Source: an uncultured Methanoregulaceae archaeon | GTDB taxonomy: Archaea; Halobacteriota; Methanomicrobia; Methanomicrobiales; Methanospirillaceae | Assembly (NCBI GenBank): GCA_963717525.1 | Contig: OY970343.1 | Location: 928,001-992,000, forward strand | Direction of reading: 5' to 3' | Length of the DNA: 64,000 nucleotides | The notes under the pieces: model-generated | What the model saw: the letters and a program-made list of their open reading frames with translations, nothing else | The model's database searches: none | What the model was told of the DNA's origin: nothing | Program-made: the position numbers and the translations under genes | Shown: positions 63,561-64,000 of the stretch, one piece after another | Numbering within the stretch: position 1 is the first letter of the stretch | How the letters are laid out: every line of letters starts with the position of its first letter

Positions 63561-64000
63561 TTACTCCACCACCCTGATCCGGCTTGCGAGATCTGCGCCC
63601 ATCTCGACGACGAGCGTGTTCTCGAACTCGGCCTGCATCTCCGCAATATGGGAGATTAAAATGATCTGCGGGAACCGTGATTCCTGTGTCCGCAAGGCGG
63701 TGAGCAGGTTGTTTCTCCGCTCCTCGTCCTGGCTCCCGAAGATCTCGTCGAAGATGAGAAGCGTGCTCTCGTGGACGTTGTGGAGCTCGGCGAGGTACCG
63801 GGAGAGGGCGATCCTGAGCGCGACAGCGATGTCGTCCTGCTCGCCTCCCGAGAAGCGGTCGATGGCATAGTCATCGTCCACGTCCCGGATAAGGAGGTTG
63901 AAGTCCTCGTCAAGGAGCACCTGCTCGTACCGGCCGCCGGTGATCTCGCTCACGATCCGGCTGACCTCGCCCTCGATCCTGCTCCGCACGACCTGCATGA
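63561..64000 (-). CDS. rad50: Rad50/SbcC ATPase, C-terminal part (runs off the window)
   Basis: FSGGE signature, LIFDEIFGSQD, LISH. Confidence 0.92.
   Translation of the reverse strand, partial: MQVVRSRIEGEVSRIVSEITGGRYEQVLLDEDFNLLIRDVDDDYAIDRFSGGEQDDIAVALRIALSRYLAELHNVHESTLLIFDEIFGSQDEERRNNLLTALRTQESRFPQIILISHIAEMQAEFENTLVVEMGADLASRIRVVE

Noticed and set aside
60930..64000. HerA as part of an antiphage system (Sir2-HerA type)
   Set aside because: The context is the canonical archaeal rad50-nurA-herA double-strand-break repair operon.

Overview
Archaeal chromosomal DNA, most likely from a Methanomicrobiales methanogen (Methanoregula-like). The evidence is TBP, TFS, archaeosortase A, mfnD/mfnF, an F420-type FdhB, herA-nurA-rad50 and PolB2; the genus is my inference. 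About 16 genes, including housekeeping ones (pth2, truD, acs, herA, nurA), are split by single-base frameshifts. These most likely reflect uncorrected long-read indels, so the genes are annotated as intact. Main blocks: (i) 2-12 kb, a split PolB2 damage-tolerance locus (iRadA-like, PPB2-like, SRAP, PolB2) with a duplicated promoter, flanking a redox-stress gene run; (ii) cooS-cooC, nudC and a receiver/coiled-coil giant; (iii) modABC and an unusual kdpC-kdpA-kdpB-kdpD operon with a probable KdpC-KdpA fusion and a kinase-less KdpD; (iv) housekeeping genes; (v) an AT-rich islet at 38.4-40.4 kb (small ORF, SDH/Clp-fold protease, Zn-ribbon membrane protein), followed by about 1.1 kb of non-coding repeats (bipartite GC hairpin element, about 320-bp dispersed element, 32-bp tandem array); (vi) acetate activation genes, a degenerate FdhA with FdhB; (vii) two divergent fluoride riboswitches, one before crcB-crcB-DUF190 and one before an enolase stub coupled to a dynamin-like GTPase; (viii) herA-nurA-rad50. 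No rRNA, tRNA, CRISPR array or intact transposase was seen. All calls come from reading motifs by eye; no database search was run.
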